A stretch of 64,000 nucleotides of DNA. Source: Vicugna vicugna. Lineage: Eukaryota. A program made the translations under genes and the position numbers. Below the pieces are notes generated by a model, which was not told the DNA's origin, made no database searches, and worked only from the letters and a program-made list of their open reading frames with translations. The stretch is from assembly GCA_013265495.1 (NCBI GenBank), contig MU061579.1, positions 62,001 to 126,000 on the forward strand, given 5' to 3'. Numbering within the stretch: the first letter of the stretch is position 1; each line of letters opens with the position of its first letter. This document shows positions 63,568-64,000 of this stretch, piece after piece.

Positions 63568-64000
63568 TGTTACTGAAGCACAGGTCCTTGCTTCATGACA
63601 GAGAGAATTCAGAGACAGACAGGGAGGCCAAGTAAGCAAAGCCAGGATTTCTTAAGCGACAGCACAGTCCCAAGAGGGCGAGCAGCACAGTCCCAGGAAG
63701 GGAGCAGCTGCTCTGAGTTCCTTTGGCAGGTGGGTTATATGTGGTGTGAAAATGACTGGGCAGAATATTCATCGAGGAGGGAGAGGGGTTTCGGGGGTAC
63801 TTTCCTGGTTTTCATCCCAGCTCCTCCTTCTGGAAGGGGTGGGGAGTTTTTGCCCTTATTTGGCCTCACTCAGAACTGTCATGGCATCAGTGCCTGACGG
63901 GTGCTTCTTATTTGCAAGGCTGATGTTAGTGTAATGAGGGCATAATGAGCAAAAGGTTGCATTCAGGGTGCTGGAGGTTCCCACCTTTCTTTGTTTGCCT
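63568..64000 (-). mobile_element. ERV1-like LTR running off window end
   Basis: Abrupt GC rise from 'tgttactgaagc'; 'gaatattcat', 'gtgtaatgagggcataatgagc' resemble MER4/MER41-group LTR motifs; internal 13-bp repeat CAGCACAGTCCCA (63660, 63683). Confidence 0.65.

Noticed and set aside
1..64000. CRISPR arrays, tRNA/rRNA/snRNA genes, NUMTs, processed pseudogenes, prokaryotic systems
   Set aside because: None recognised; the sequence is typical mammalian non-coding DNA

Overview
This is AT-rich placental-mammal genomic DNA, intronic or intergenic, with no recognisable protein-coding gene, RNA gene or CpG island. Roughly half of it is decayed transposable elements recognisable by eye: L1 of several ages, L2, MIR, MaLR/ERVL LTRs (MLT1, MLT2, LTR16, LTR41-like), ERVL pro/pol remnants, ERV1-like LTRs and hAT-Charlie MITEs. 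The younger L1 3' ends and one LTR resemble cetartiodactyl families, and I saw no Alu, Bov-A/tA, CHR, PRE-1 or Can-SINE, so a camelid is plausible (inference only). The few ORFs with real homology are L1 ORF2 and ERVL pro/pol fragments; the rest look like chance. The best-supported structure is a twin-primed, 5'-inverted L1 bounded by a perfect 15-bp target-site duplication. Other notable items are an L1 5' end joined to a 3' end, a nested ERVL/LTR cluster, a diverged ~100-bp local duplication, several repeat-free enhancer-like blocks, and speculative frame-compatible + strand micro-exon candidates. I found no convincing novel biological system. Family names come from recalled consensus sequences and boundaries are approximate unless stated.
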